Position numbers and translations under genes: made by a program. From Thalassobaculaceae bacterium (GTDB taxonomy: Bacteria; Pseudomonadota; Alphaproteobacteria; Thalassobaculales; Thalassobaculaceae), in NCBI GenBank assembly GCA_965213935.1, contig CBDCAO010000009.1:43536-107535 (forward strand): a stretch of 64,000 nt of DNA, read 5' to 3'. Under the pieces are notes generated by a model. It ran no database searches. It had not been told where the DNA came from and saw only the letters and a list, made by a program, of their open reading frames with translations. Below, in pieces: positions 47,503-56,859 of this stretch; position 1 is the first letter of the stretch; each line of letters begins with the position of its first letter.

Positions 47503-48525
47503 TCACTCGGCGAGTTTGGCGTCGATGTCGAGCATCGCCTTGGGAACCCACTTGCGGATCGAGTCGACCGAGTCGAGCGTCCGCAGGGCCGTGTAGAGGA
47601 CCTTGGGGATGTCCTGTTCCCGCCCCTCGGCGTGCATGATCAGGGCGTTCGCCGTGTTTTCTCCCATGTTGCGCGGGTCGCGGGAGACAGCAACACCGAT
47701 CTTCCCGCGGGCAACCATCTCCAGCTCGTCCGGCTGACCGCCCATCCCGGTCACCAGGACGTCGTCGAGCTTGCCCTCGGCCTCGAGCGCGGACATGGAA
47801 CCCAGCGCCATGACGGAGTTCATCCCGACGATGACCTCGACACTCGGATAGGCGATCAGCGCACGCTCGACTTCGGCGTAGGCCTTCTCGCGCTGGAAGT
47901 CGCCATAGCCGTCGTAGATGACGTTCGGGGCAAAGCCCTCGACCTCGTTCATCCCCTTCAGAACACCGTTTCCACGGTCCTGGCTGATCTCGGAGGCAAC
48001 CGGTCCCCAGATCATGATGACGTCCGCGGTGTCCTTGCCCTGCGACTTCATGTGCTCGGCAATCCAACGCCCGGTCGCCTCGCCCATCTGGCCGTGGTTG
48101 TAGACCGACCAGTTCAGGACCGCGTCCTCAAACGGAAAGCTGGACCCTTCCTTCGGTTCGTAGTCGACCATCAGGATCTTGGTGCCCGCGTCGGCGACCA
48201 TGACCAGCCCAGGCGTGTTCTGCTCGAGGCTGGACGGTCCGAACACCATGTAGTCGAGGTTCAGGTTCGCCATGTTCTCCAGGATATTGAGCATCTCGTC
48301 GTGGCGGTTGGATGCTGTCGGTGCGGCCTGGAAGAGTTCGTACTTGAAGCCCTTTGCATCGAGCGCTTCGCGAAATCCGATCTCCAGCTGGCCGAACAGG
48401 TCCGTGATGTCGTGCTGGTGCGACACGAACCCGATGCGAAGCGGCTTGTCCTGGGCGACCGCGCCGGTCGCTGCGGCGAGCGTGACAGCCGCGGCCACGA
48501 ACAGCCCCGTGAGTATCTTTCTCAT
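47503..48525 (-). CDS. sugar ABC transporter substrate-binding protein
   Basis: Start at MRKILTGLFVAAAVTLAAATGAVAQ (signal peptide) behind GGGAGGAA. It is a periplasmic-binding-protein type I family member (ribose/fructose-like). Confidence 0.85.
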   Translation of the reverse strand: MRKILTGLFVAAAVTLAAATGAVAQDKPLRIGFVSHQHDITDLFGQLEIGFREALDAKGFKYELFQAAPTASNRHDEMLNILENMANLNLDYMVFGPSSLEQNTPGLVMVADAGTKILMVDYEPKEGSSFPFEDAVLNWSVYNHGQMGEATGRWIAEHMKSQGKDTADVIMIWGPVASEISQDRGNGVLKGMNEVEGFAPNVIYDGYGDFQREKAYAEVERALIAYPSVEVIVGMNSVMALGSMSALEAEGKLDDVLVTGMGGQPDELEMVARGKIGVAVSRDPRNMGENTANALIMHAEGREQDIPKVLYTALRTLDSVDSIRKWVPKAMLDIDAKLAE

Positions 48526-48696
48526 GACATTTCCTCCCGTTTCCCGATTACCGGTTCTTTGTACGCCTGCATGTCTGCACCGGCCTTGATCGCTTCCGCG
48601 TCGCTGTGACCGCGGCCGGGCTTTCTTCGCAACGGCTATCTCATGGTACTGCCTCCTGCTTCGCGTCCCGGTTCTCCGCAATCGCGTCGGCCCGGT

Positions 48697-49695
48697 CTAT
48701 CCCGGCCCACTCCTGCGCTGCTGCAGCTGCAGCGCCACGGCGGCAATGATGAGAAGACCGAGGATGATGCGCTGGACGAAGAATCCCGCGCCCGTCTGGA
48801 TCAGGCCGTTCTCGAGCATGCCGATGAGATAGACACCAAGCAGCGTGCCGATCATCGTCGAGCGACCGCCGAAGAGGTAGGTACCACCCAGCACGACGGC
48901 CGCGATCACGTGCAGCTCGACGCCCTCGCCCATTGCTGCGGACGCGGAGTCGAGGCGTCCCATGAGCACGAGCGCCGCAACGCCCGCGAGCGCGCCCTGA
49001 ATCACATAGGTCGATGCAGTGATGGCCTTCACGTTGATGCGGGTCGCCTCGGCCGCACTCGGATTCGATCCGATCGCGGTGATGTAGCGGCCATAGAGCG
49101 TGCGATTCAGGACAAACCATCCGAGCGCGGCGATCGCGAGAGCCACGATGACGGAAACCGGCAGGCCCAGCACACTCGCACGTCCCACGGCTACGACCAC
49201 GTCCGGCAGGCCGGTGACGAGGTTGACCCCCATGTAGTACTGGGTGAAACCGCGATAGGCGACGAAGGTACCGAGCGTGGCCAGCAGCGGTGGCACGCCC
49301 AGCACCGTGATGTTGAAGCCGTTGAACGCGCCGAGTACCGCACCGACGAGGATCGCGGACGGAATGGCATAGATCGGATCCATCCAGCCCAGCTCGAGTC
49401 CCGAACCGACGATTGCTCCGACAACACCAATCATGGAACCGGTCGAAATATCGATCCCGCCCGTGGTCATGGCAAAGGTCTGGCCGACACCGAGGATCAG
49501 GAAGACCGCCGCGGCGCGCATGATCGTGATCTGGTTGTTGACCGTATTGAAGGTCTCTCCGGTAATGGCGGTGAACACCGCGTAGAGGACCACGATCGCG
49601 ACGGCAACGTTGAAGAAGGGCAGGGCAAGTGCCCGCTCCGCGGTACCGCCCGCACCGAGGAAGCGGTTCCGGGTGCCTCCGGCAGGCTCGTTCAC
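48697..49695 (-). CDS. sugar ABC transporter permease
   Basis: 332 aa and multi-TM. TTGGIDISTGS is the motif of RbsC/FrcC-type permeases. Confidence 0.85.
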   Translation of the reverse strand: MNEPAGGTRNRFLGAGGTAERALALPFFNVAVAIVVLYAVFTAITGETFNTVNNQITIMRAAAVFLILGVGQTFAMTTGGIDISTGSMIGVVGAIVGSGLELGWMDPIYAIPSAILVGAVLGAFNGFNITVLGVPPLLATLGTFVAYRGFTQYYMGVNLVTGLPDVVVAVGRASVLGLPVSVIVALAIAALGWFVLNRTLYGRYITAIGSNPSAAEATRINVKAITASTYVIQGALAGVAALVLMGRLDSASAAMGEGVELHVIAAVVLGGTYLFGGRSTMIGTLLGVYLIGMLENGLIQTGAGFFVQRIILGLLIIAAVALQLQQRRSGPG

Positions 49696-50462
49696 GCGAC
49701 CGCATCCTCGATATCGCCGACGATCAGACGCACGATGTCGGTCTTCGTGACCTCACCGGTGCGGACCACCGCCTGAACGCGGCCCTGGCGCATGACGGCG
49801 ATGCGATCGGAGACCTGGAAGACATGTTCCAGGTCATGCGAGACGATGATCATCGTCTGGCCTTCGTCCCGCAGGCTCCTGAGGAGCGCCAGGACCTTGC
49901 GCACCTCCTCGACGCCCAGCGCCGCGGTGGGTTCGTCGAGAATGAGAAGCTCGCGGCGTCCCCGGCGAATGGTCCGTCCGATGGCTACCGCTTGACGCTG
50001 TCCGCCGGAGAGATTCGCCACGGGTCGTTTCGGATCGGGAATGTCGATGCGCAGCCGATTCAGCGTGGCGGCGGTCTCGGCATCCATCCGACGGGTGTCG
50101 GGGACCGAGAACCACCCGAGCTTCAACCACAGCGGTTCGTCGCCAAGAAACACGTTCGCCGCCACGTCGAGCGTGTTGGCGAGGGCCAGATCCTGGTAGA
50201 GGACCTCGACGCCGAGCATGCCGGCGTCCTTCGTCGAGCGGATCGCCACGTCCTGTCCACGCAACCGGATCGTGCCGGTGTCGGCCGGTTGCACGCCTGC
50301 GATGGCCTTGACCAGCGTGGACTTGCCGGCCCCGTTGTCGCCGACGAGCGCGACCGTCTCGCCCTCCGCAATTGAAAGCGAAACCCCTTGCAGCGCCCGC
50401 ACACCGCCAAAGCGCTTCTCGATGTTCTGCACTTCCAGAAGGGGTGGTTCCGCTTCCACCAT
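49692..50462 (-). CDS. sugar ABC transporter ATP-binding protein (single NBD)
   Basis: Walker A is GDNGAGKST, the signature is LSGGQRQ and Walker B is LILDEPTAAL. It has a 4-nt overlap with the permease gene. Confidence 0.9.
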   Translation of the reverse strand: MVEAEPPLLEVQNIEKRFGGVRALQGVSLSIAEGETVALVGDNGAGKSTLVKAIAGVQPADTGTIRLRGQDVAIRSTKDAGMLGVEVLYQDLALANTLDVAANVFLGDEPLWLKLGWFSVPDTRRMDAETAATLNRLRIDIPDPKRPVANLSGGQRQAVAIGRTIRRGRRELLILDEPTAALGVEEVRKVLALLRSLRDEGQTMIIVSHDLEHVFQVSDRIAVMRQGRVQAVVRTGEVTKTDIVRLIVGDIEDAVA

Positions 50463-50718
50463 GCCGTGTGGCTCCCGTTCCCGCGGCGTCCGGACTGCTG
50501 TCCGACAACCCGAGCGGTTCCGCACACCGCATCGTTTCGGGTCAGGAAAACATGATGCACAATCGGTTTGCATTCGACAACGTGGCCCGTATGCCAGACC
50601 CGTTCGTCCGTAGACTTGAACCACCAGTAAACTAGAATCGATACCGGACTGGTCACGGGGAATCGACCGATCGCGAAGCGTGTTCGTGGACCGCCGGCAA
50701 CGCAAGGAGGAGACAGCC

Positions 50719-51468
50719 ATGCCGTTTTACGAGAAGGGTGACGTGCGTATCCGTTACGAGGAGACGGGGAGTGGTTTTCCGCTTCTGGTCACGCCGGGCG
50801 GCGGTCTCAACTCCCGTGTGGAAAACTGGCCGAGTGCGGTCTTCAACGCGATGGACGCCTTCAGAAATGACTTCCGGTGCATCACGATGGATCAGCGCAA
50901 CGCCAATGGCGGCGAGAGTACGGGGCCAGTCGCCGTCGACGATCCGTGGGGCGGCTTCGCCGATGATCAGCTCGGCCTCATGGATCACCTGGGCATCCGC
51001 GAATTCGCCTTCATGGGCTACTGTATCGGCGGTTGTTTCGCCGGATCTCTTCTTGATCGCGCCCCCGAGCGCATTGTCGCCGCAGTATTCTGTCAAACGG
51101 TGGGGCACTTTCCGGAAGACCCCGATGTCATGTATCGGTCGGGACGGGACGGGTGGGCTCCCGGACTGATCGCGCAACGGCCCGAGCTGACGCAAGACGC
51201 AATCGATGCGTATCTACACAATCTGTACCGGTCGAACCCCGACTTTCTCTACAGCGTGTCGCGCGACGTCATCCGCGACTGCCAGACACCGATTCTCGTG
51301 TTGCCGGACGATATTCCCTCTCACCCGTACCAGACCTCGGTCGACGTTGCCTCTCTGGCGCCCAACGCCGAGATCACGGTCTTCCCGTGGGCGTCTCCGC
51401 CCGAACTGAAGGAGCGTACAATCGACCGTGTGCGCAGGTTCATACACGCCCATGGCGTCACGCCGTAG
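50719..51468 (+). CDS. alpha/beta hydrolase-fold protein
   Basis: AAGGAGG RBS. The length and layout (GSGFPLLVTPGGG..., nucleophile-elbow-like FMGYCIGG) fit the family. Confidence 0.65.
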   Translation: MPFYEKGDVRIRYEETGSGFPLLVTPGGGLNSRVENWPSAVFNAMDAFRNDFRCITMDQRNANGGESTGPVAVDDPWGGFADDQLGLMDHLGIREFAFMGYCIGGCFAGSLLDRAPERIVAAVFCQTVGHFPEDPDVMYRSGRDGWAPGLIAQRPELTQDAIDAYLHNLYRSNPDFLYSVSRDVIRDCQTPILVLPDDIPSHPYQTSVDVASLAPNAEITVFPWASPPELKERTIDRVRRFIHAHGVTP

Positions 51469-51543
51469 CGGTGGGACGCATCGGTCCCCGTGACACACGT
51501 CAGAAGTTCCTCCTGACGAGCCTCTTGCAAAATTGCTGACTCA

Positions 51544-52502
51544 GAGCTTGACCTGGAAGTGCGAATGGCCTCGCCACATGTGGTATATCCTTGTCGGCTC
51601 CGACACCAGACGAGGAGGTCCACATGTCTTGGGACGAGGCCACTCATGCGCAGTATAGGCGCTCGCAGGATCGATATGAAAGCGATCTCACGGATGAAGA
51701 GTGGGACGTGATCAGACATCTTCTCCCGGAACCGTCGACGCGGGGACGACCGCGCACGACGGACCTTCGGGATGTGTTCAACGCGGTCCAGTACATGCTG
51801 GCGACAGGATGTCAGTGGCGTGCCATTCCCAAGTGTTCTCCGCCGTTTACGACTATCCAGAACTCTTTCTGCGCATGGCGCGCCAGCGGTGTCTTCGACG
51901 GCATGCTGGATGCGTTGCGCGAGCAGGCGCGGGCTCTGGCGGGACGCTCTGGGGAGCCGACGGCTGCGGCGATTGACAGTCAGTCCGTGAAGACGACGGA
52001 AAGCGGAGGCCCTGCGGGCTATGACGCCGGCAAGAAGATCAATGGCCGCAAGCGTCATGTTGCGGTTGACGTTGAAGGGATCCCGCTTGCGATCCGGGTT
52101 CACGTGGCCAGTGTGCAGGATCGGGACGGTGCGCCGGAGGTGATCCTTGCGATGCTGGAGAAGGCGCCGACGGTGACCCGACTGTGGGCCGATGGTGGGT
52201 ATCAGGGTCCGAAGCTTGCGAGGGCGCTGGCGGAGCTGGGGCTCGCCGATCTGCTCGAGATTGTGCAAAAACCCAAGAATCTCACATCCTTCACCGTGCT
52301 GCATCGTCGCTGGGTCGTCGAGCGGACCTTTGCCTGGATGTCACGGTGCCGGCGCTTGGCCAAGGACTTCGAGAGGACGCTGGAAAGCTCTCTGGCCTGG
52401 GCACAACTGGCGGCCTGCCGGTTCCTGATGCGAAGGGTGGCGCGAAGGGCAACCGCTTGAAACTAATATATAAAGCTATATCAATGACTTATGATTCAAA
52501 CT
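51544..52502 (+). mobile_element. IS5-family insertion sequence (ends approximate)
   Basis: A single DDE transposase gene is flanked by imperfect terminal inverted repeats: GAGCTTGACCTGGAAGT (left) versus GAGTTTGAATCATAAGT (right, reverse complement), 12/17 matches. The flanking triplets are TCA and TTA (TNA-type). Confidence 0.5.
51624..52460 (+). CDS. IS5-family transposase
   Basis: GAGGAGG RBS. Motifs are LTDEEWDVIRHLLP, RPRTTDLRDVFNAVQYMLATGCQWRAIP, IDSQSVKT, GYDAGKKINGRKRH, ADGGYQG and VVERTFAWMSRCRRLAKDFE. Confidence 0.9.
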   Translation: MSWDEATHAQYRRSQDRYESDLTDEEWDVIRHLLPEPSTRGRPRTTDLRDVFNAVQYMLATGCQWRAIPKCSPPFTTIQNSFCAWRASGVFDGMLDALREQARALAGRSGEPTAAAIDSQSVKTTESGGPAGYDAGKKINGRKRHVAVDVEGIPLAIRVHVASVQDRDGAPEVILAMLEKAPTVTRLWADGGYQGPKLARALAELGLADLLEIVQKPKNLTSFTVLHRRWVVERTFAWMSRCRRLAKDFERTLESSLAWAQLAACRFLMRRVARRATA

Positions 52503-53213
52503 CTTAGCCTCATGACGGCCCTGGGCATGCGCGGCATGAAGGCGGCCTACGACGAGGTTGTCGCCGCCGAGGGCAAGCACAAGCGTGGCCCGGCATGGCT
52601 TCTGGGCGCCCTGCTCCAGGCGGAGGTGGCCGACAAGAAGGCCCGGTCGATCAAGTACCAGATGACGATCGCCAGACTGCCCCATGCCAAGGACCTGGCG
52701 GAGTTCGACTTCTCGGCCAACCCCGTCGAGGAGGACAGGGTGCGCCGCCTCGCCGACGGCGCCTTCATCGAGGCCCGGCGCAACTGCATCCTGATCGGCG
52801 GAACCGGGACCGGGAAGTCGCATCTCGCGGTCGCGGTCGCACGCAGTTGCATCCGCAACGGCGCCCGCGGCCGCTTCTTCAATGTCATCGAACTCGCCAA
52901 CATGCTCGAACGCGAGCATGACGAAGGGCGTCAGGGGCGCCTTGCCGATGCCATGCGCCGGAGAGACTTCGTGATCCTTGACGAACTCGGCTACCTGCCG
53001 GTCTCGCGCAATGGCGGCAATCTCCTGTTCCACCTGTTCTCGAGCCTCTACGAGCACACGCCTGTGATCGTCACCACGAACCTCGCGTTCCGTGAATGGG
53101 CCAGCGTCTTCGGCGACGCCAAGATGACCACCGCCCTCCTCGACCGTTTGACCCATCACTGCACCATCCTCGAGACCGGCAACGACAGCTGGCGCTTCCA
53201 GAACCGCAGCTGA
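52491..53213 (+). CDS. istB: IS21-family helper ATPase IstB (orphan; no istA)
   Basis: Walker A is [13 protein letters not shown] and Walker B is [11 protein letters not shown]. It ends in [24 protein letters not shown]. The native start may be the ATG at 52509, because 52491 lies inside the IS5 terminal repeat. Confidence 0.85.
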   Translation: MIQTLSLMTALGMRGMKAAYDEVVAAEGKHKRGPAWLLGALLQAEVADKKARSIKYQMTIARLPHAKDLAEFDFSANPVEEDRVRRLADGAFIEARRNCILIGGTGTGKSHLAVAVARSCIRNGARGRFFNVIELANMLEREHDEGRQGRLADAMRRRDFVILDELGYLPVSRNGGNLLFHLFSSLYEHTPVIVTTNLAFREWASVFGDAKMTTALLDRLTHHCTILETGNDSWRFQNRS

Positions 53214-53295
53214 CGCCAGCGGTGTTCAGTGGGCGCGCGTTGATCACCAGCGCACATCACCGTCGGTCTGGCGTCGCCCGCCCACCCACACCGGC

Positions 53296-54219
53296 TCAGA
53301 CATCCGGCGCCATGCCGCCGATCAGCGCCCAAATGCCGTCGCGCTGCAGGAGCGCGTTCCAGTCCTTGGCGCCTGGCGGGCGAACCCGGCTGACCCGACC
53401 GTCCGATGCCATCAGCGCCCCGGCGGCCGCATCCCCGGCCGCGTCAGCGTCGAAACCGCACTTGATGAACCCCGGATCGAAACCACCAAGCCAGTCCGGA
53501 AGGCGCCGGCAGACACCCGACACCGACGCATACATCGACACCAGTCCTCCCGCGCCAAGGGTGAGCGCCGACAGCGCATCGATCGCGCTCTCGGCGATGA
53601 ACGCACCGACAAACGGCTCCTCATCCACGCTCCCGAACCAGAAGCCGCCGGAGCCCTTGCGCGAACCTGGCGCCATACCCCGGAAGCGCCCGCCGTCCGC
53701 CCGAAGACGGCTGCCGACAAGTTCCGCTCCCGTGGCCGCTCCCCGAACGTCGCGGCACACAAACACCGCATTGAACCGGGCATCCGCGTACAGCATCCCC
53801 GCCGACTTGAAACCGTCGATCCGGAAGTCCTCGAGACCGCGCTCCTCGATCAGCCAGGACCGGACCTCGCCCCAGCAGCCCTCACAGGCCTCCGGAAGCA
53901 CCAATCTCCGCGCCCCCCTCGGGGCCTCCGGCTCCTCAATCTCCGGCTCACAGGGACGCCCGGCCAGCCACCGGATCGCCTCCACGGGACTGCAGGCCAG
54001 ACCATGAACCACAAGGTCGATCGCCCCGCCGCCGCCGCACCCCTGAAGGTGATCGTAGAACTTCAGGCCACGCACTGTGATCACCGAACCCGCCCGCCGC
54101 CAGCGCGACCGGTCCGTCGGATCCCGCCGGTAACCCAGAAGCGGCGCAACCTCGCCAAGGGGCCTGGACCTCACATCATCAGCCAACCGCCGCAGCGCCT
54201 GACCCGACCCTCCCGTCAT
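53296..54219 (-). CDS. DUF3991/Toprim domain protein (conjugative-element primase-like)
   Basis: KFYDHLQGCGGGGAIDLVVHGLACSPVEAIRWL is a DUF3991-type motif, followed by a Toprim-like region (AFIAESAIDALS...GFDADAAGD). Start chosen at MTGGSGQAL. Confidence 0.7.
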   Translation of the reverse strand: MTGGSGQALRRLADDVRSRPLGEVAPLLGYRRDPTDRSRWRRAGSVITVRGLKFYDHLQGCGGGGAIDLVVHGLACSPVEAIRWLAGRPCEPEIEEPEAPRGARRLVLPEACEGCWGEVRSWLIEERGLEDFRIDGFKSAGMLYADARFNAVFVCRDVRGAATGAELVGSRLRADGGRFRGMAPGSRKGSGGFWFGSVDEEPFVGAFIAESAIDALSALTLGAGGLVSMYASVSGVCRRLPDWLGGFDPGFIKCGFDADAAGDAAAGALMASDGRVSRVRPPGAKDWNALLQRDGIWALIGGMAPDV

Positions 54220-54338
54220 CCCGCGTCCTCCCCAGAACAACCACAACCGGAAAAACAACCCAACCGGGAAGGAAATGCCTGAACAGACGGGTCACTATTG
54301 CAGGAGCATGGTGGGTCAATTTTGGAAGAGCATTGACA

Positions 54339-54662
54339 CTCCAAAGCGAGCGCGTATTGCCTCAATTGATCGAACGCCGCGTCGAGATTGGCACGGCGGC
54401 CCTTGTATTCCCAAGCGAAGCAGCCGCGCTTCCACACGTCGGCCCAGCCGCCACCGCCGCTGTCCTTCCGCGCCCCACGCTCGAAGCAGTACCGATTGCC
54501 TGACGGGTCCGCCTCCGCCGGCGTCGGCTCGTCGAGCCTCCGGCAGAGGTCGATGAAGTGTTCCTGCGACGCCGAGCGTTCCTTCAATTCCGATGCGCGC
54601 CACTTGGCGATGAATTCACCTGGCGTCATCGCTAGCTGCGTCTCCAGATGCGCTTTAATCAA
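54339..54662 (-). pseudogene. N-terminal ~108 codons of an MmeI-like (type IIG/IIL) class I SAM-dependent DNA methyltransferase
   Basis: TPGEFIAKWRASELKERSASQEHFIDLCRRLDEPTPAEADPSGNRYCFERGARKDSGGGGWADVWKRGCFAWEYKGRRANLDAAFDQLRQYALALE matches the conserved N-terminal domain. Similarity stops where NPPLL... is expected. It has a TTG start in a TTGA overlap with the upstream gene. Confidence 0.65.
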
Positions 54663-55410
54663 TTCTTCTTGGACCGCTTAATGATGTCGCGAAGTCCAAG
54701 TATGTTAATAGTTTCATCTTCGGTTCGAACTGGTGCGAAGGAGTGCAGTTCTTGACCGGTTGAGGCACAGTACAAGTAGACCCCTGTCACGGACACCGCC
54801 AACGCTTGGCGTAGCGTGCCGTAGGCAGGCCCTCCGGTCTCAATTGGTGCTGGCACGATCCTGACAAGGCAGCTGAGCCTGACGAGATTCTCGATAGAAA
54901 CTTGGGTCTGAGCCTCACACTGTTGCTTGGCTCCCAGTGCCGAGACAAGGGTGCCCTCTTGCACCGGAATGGCGATATGTAAGCGTCGTTACCGTCAGAT
55001 GGGAGGATGACCGCGTTTTTGACCACATGGTCGAGCACCCTGCAGTCCCACGGGTTCATTTCACCCAAGATACGCACGCAGTTGCCGTGAAGGTCTTCGT
55101 TGTCTTCAGTTGTAATTGCAACGAACAGATTTGCCCACGCGTTTTGCAGTTGCTCATCATCGCGCAGCGATGCCTTGTCCATCCAAGGCAGCCCCACATG
55201 GTCCGCGAGCACTTTCATGTCGTCGGGCAGGATGCCTTTCGACTTGGCGATCCGCTCCGCCTCTTCGAGGATGCTAACCAATCGACGAAGTCTACGCATT
55301 TTGATCTTGTCGCCACCAAGTTCATCCAGTTGATGAAGGATCGAAAGTGGAAGCTTGTCGACGAGTGCACGCGCAGCTTCGGCTATGGTGACGGGCAGGT
55401 CGGGCATCAC
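54659..55410 (-). pseudogene. Abi-alpha (DUF4393) abortive-infection-family gene, frameshifted
   Basis: ASLRDDEQLQNAWANLFVAI...ILGEMNPWDCRVLDHVV is an Abi-alpha-type motif. The C-terminal part (SIENLVRLSCLVRIV...VSVTGVYLYCAS) continues in another frame. The span is 752 nt, not divisible by 3. The local sequence is markedly AT-richer than the surroundings. Confidence 0.6.
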
Positions 55411-55564
55411 GTTGATCTCAGGTGTGTGTCAAAGACGGGCGCACACGGGTCATACTCAGCATTATGTATCCTGAACAGTACGGGTGCGAGGTGCTCAACT
55501 GGTATGGCGCGACAAGTAGGATGAGAGTCGCGATGTAAACCGCCTGCGGCCGGTCAGGACGGCG

Positions 55565-55891
55565 TTAATCGCGGGCGTCGTGCTCGGCGATACCGGCAAG
55601 CTCCACCGGTGGGCGGTCGGGGAAGCGGGCAATCAGCGACAGGCTACCGCCCATCGCCTCCACCGTCCGGCGGAGCGTGGACAGCAGGAGGTCGCTCCGC
55701 TGCTCCAGTCGGGAGATTGCGTCCTGGCTGATGCCGAGTTCGCGCGCGACGCTCGCCTGGGTCAGCGCGCGGGCCTTGCGCAGCTCGCGCAACGTCATTT
55801 CCTCGGCGATCAGATCGGCGGCCCGTTCCTCGATCCTGCGGCGTCGCTCGGGGTCGAGTTCTGCCATCATTTCATCAAGGCTCACAGTCAT
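55565..55891 (-). CDS. XRE-family HTH antitoxin
   Basis: MTLRELRKARALTQASVARELGISQDAISRLEQRSDLLLSTLRRTVEAMGG. It has an ATGA overlap with the upstream toxin gene. Confidence 0.85.
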   Translation of the reverse strand: MTVSLDEMMAELDPERRRRIEERAADLIAEEMTLRELRKARALTQASVARELGISQDAISRLEQRSDLLLSTLRRTVEAMGGSLSLIARFPDRPPVELAGIAEHDARD

Positions 55892-56256
55892 TGCGTTCCC
55901 CTTTCATCGGCGAGGCGGGCAAGGTGCCGGTCGAACCGCTCGTCAGCCTTGCGGATGAGCGCACGGTAGAACCGCCGCCCGCTGCCGCCGGACTTGTCGC
56001 CCGCCACCAGAAGCACGGCCTCACGTGCGGGGTCGAAGGCGAAGGCGGCCCGCCATTCCCCGCCCGCTGCGCCGAACCGTATCTCCTTCATGTTCGCATG
56101 CCGCGACCCGTTCAGCGTATCGACCTGCGGCCGGCCCAGTTGCGGACCGAACTGCTCCAGCAAACGGCCGACCGTGTACACCTCGTCCTGCACCTTGACG
56201 GGCAGATCGCGAAACTCCGGCACGAAGTCGTCATGGAAAGCGACCCGCCAGTTCAT
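55888..56256 (-). CDS. RelE/ParE-superfamily toxin (Gp49/HigB-2-like)
   Basis: FVPEFRDLPVKVQDEVYTVGRLLEQFGPQLGRPQVDTL...MKEIRF...EWRAAFAFDPAREAVLLVAGDKSG matches the phage Gp49-like addiction toxin family. Confidence 0.8.
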   Translation of the reverse strand: MNWRVAFHDDFVPEFRDLPVKVQDEVYTVGRLLEQFGPQLGRPQVDTLNGSRHANMKEIRFGAAGGEWRAAFAFDPAREAVLLVAGDKSGGSGRRFYRALIRKADERFDRHLARLADERGTQ

Positions 56257-56354
56257 GGCGGCAGGATGGAGTCGCCAGAATATGAAGTCAAGGACATGTT
56301 CGTGCTCCCCAGGGGAATCGCTTTTGAGGATTGAACGAAACTGCTGCGGGAGCA

Positions 56355-56677
56355 GCTTCGTTCAATCACTGCACGAGATGCTGATGATCGCGCCGCTGTC
56401 AGTGCTGTGCGGCGGGGAAGGCTGCGCGGACATGGAGCGGTTTGGCCGGGCGAAGGAGGGTTTTTGCGCCGTTTCATGGCGCTGAAGCACGGCATTCCGA
56501 GCCATGATGCCTTTTCGGACCTGTTCAACGCGCTCGATCCCGACGGCTTGCAGAAGGTGCTGCTGCGGCTTCTGGAGGACTGGTCAGCGCTTCTGGAGGA
56601 CGATGTCATTGCGATTGACGACAAGTCTCTGCGCCGCTCTTTCGCCACCGCCGCCACTCGCTCGCCGGTGCATCTGG
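56355..56677 (+). pseudogene. ISAs1-family transposase N-terminal fragment (frameshifted, truncated by IS66)
   Basis: LHEMLMIAPLSVLCGGEGCADMERFGRAKEGF is in one frame, then LRRFMALKHGIPSHDAFSDLFNALDPDGLQKVLLRLLEDW...VIAIDDKSLRRSF...RSPVHL in another. A T5 run at 56461-56465 would restore the frame as T6. Homology ends at the IS66 terminus at 56678. Confidence 0.7.
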
Positions 56678-56859
56678 GTAAGCGATTAAAGGACGACGGT
56701 GTGTATTGTCGTTGATCGGTTTGGGTTCCGCGCGGGAGACTCCTCTGGTTCATTGCAGACGATCGGAGGTGTTTCCATGAGGGATGATCTATCGGCCGCG
56801 CCGGGTGCAGTTCCAGCGCGGATGTATCGGGGCGAAGCGGAGTGGCGTGGTCTGATGAC

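Noticed and set aside
47251-48609. 452-aa plus-strand ORF
   Set aside because: It is antisense to the sugar-binding protein gene. It is a shadow ORF.
51555-51566. GGAAGTGCGAAT as an IS5-type terminal repeat start
   Set aside because: It resembles the IS5 terminus GGAAGGTGCGAA, but no inverted copy exists at the right end. The better-supported inverted repeat starts 11 nt earlier (GAGCTTGACC...). The element ends remain approximate.
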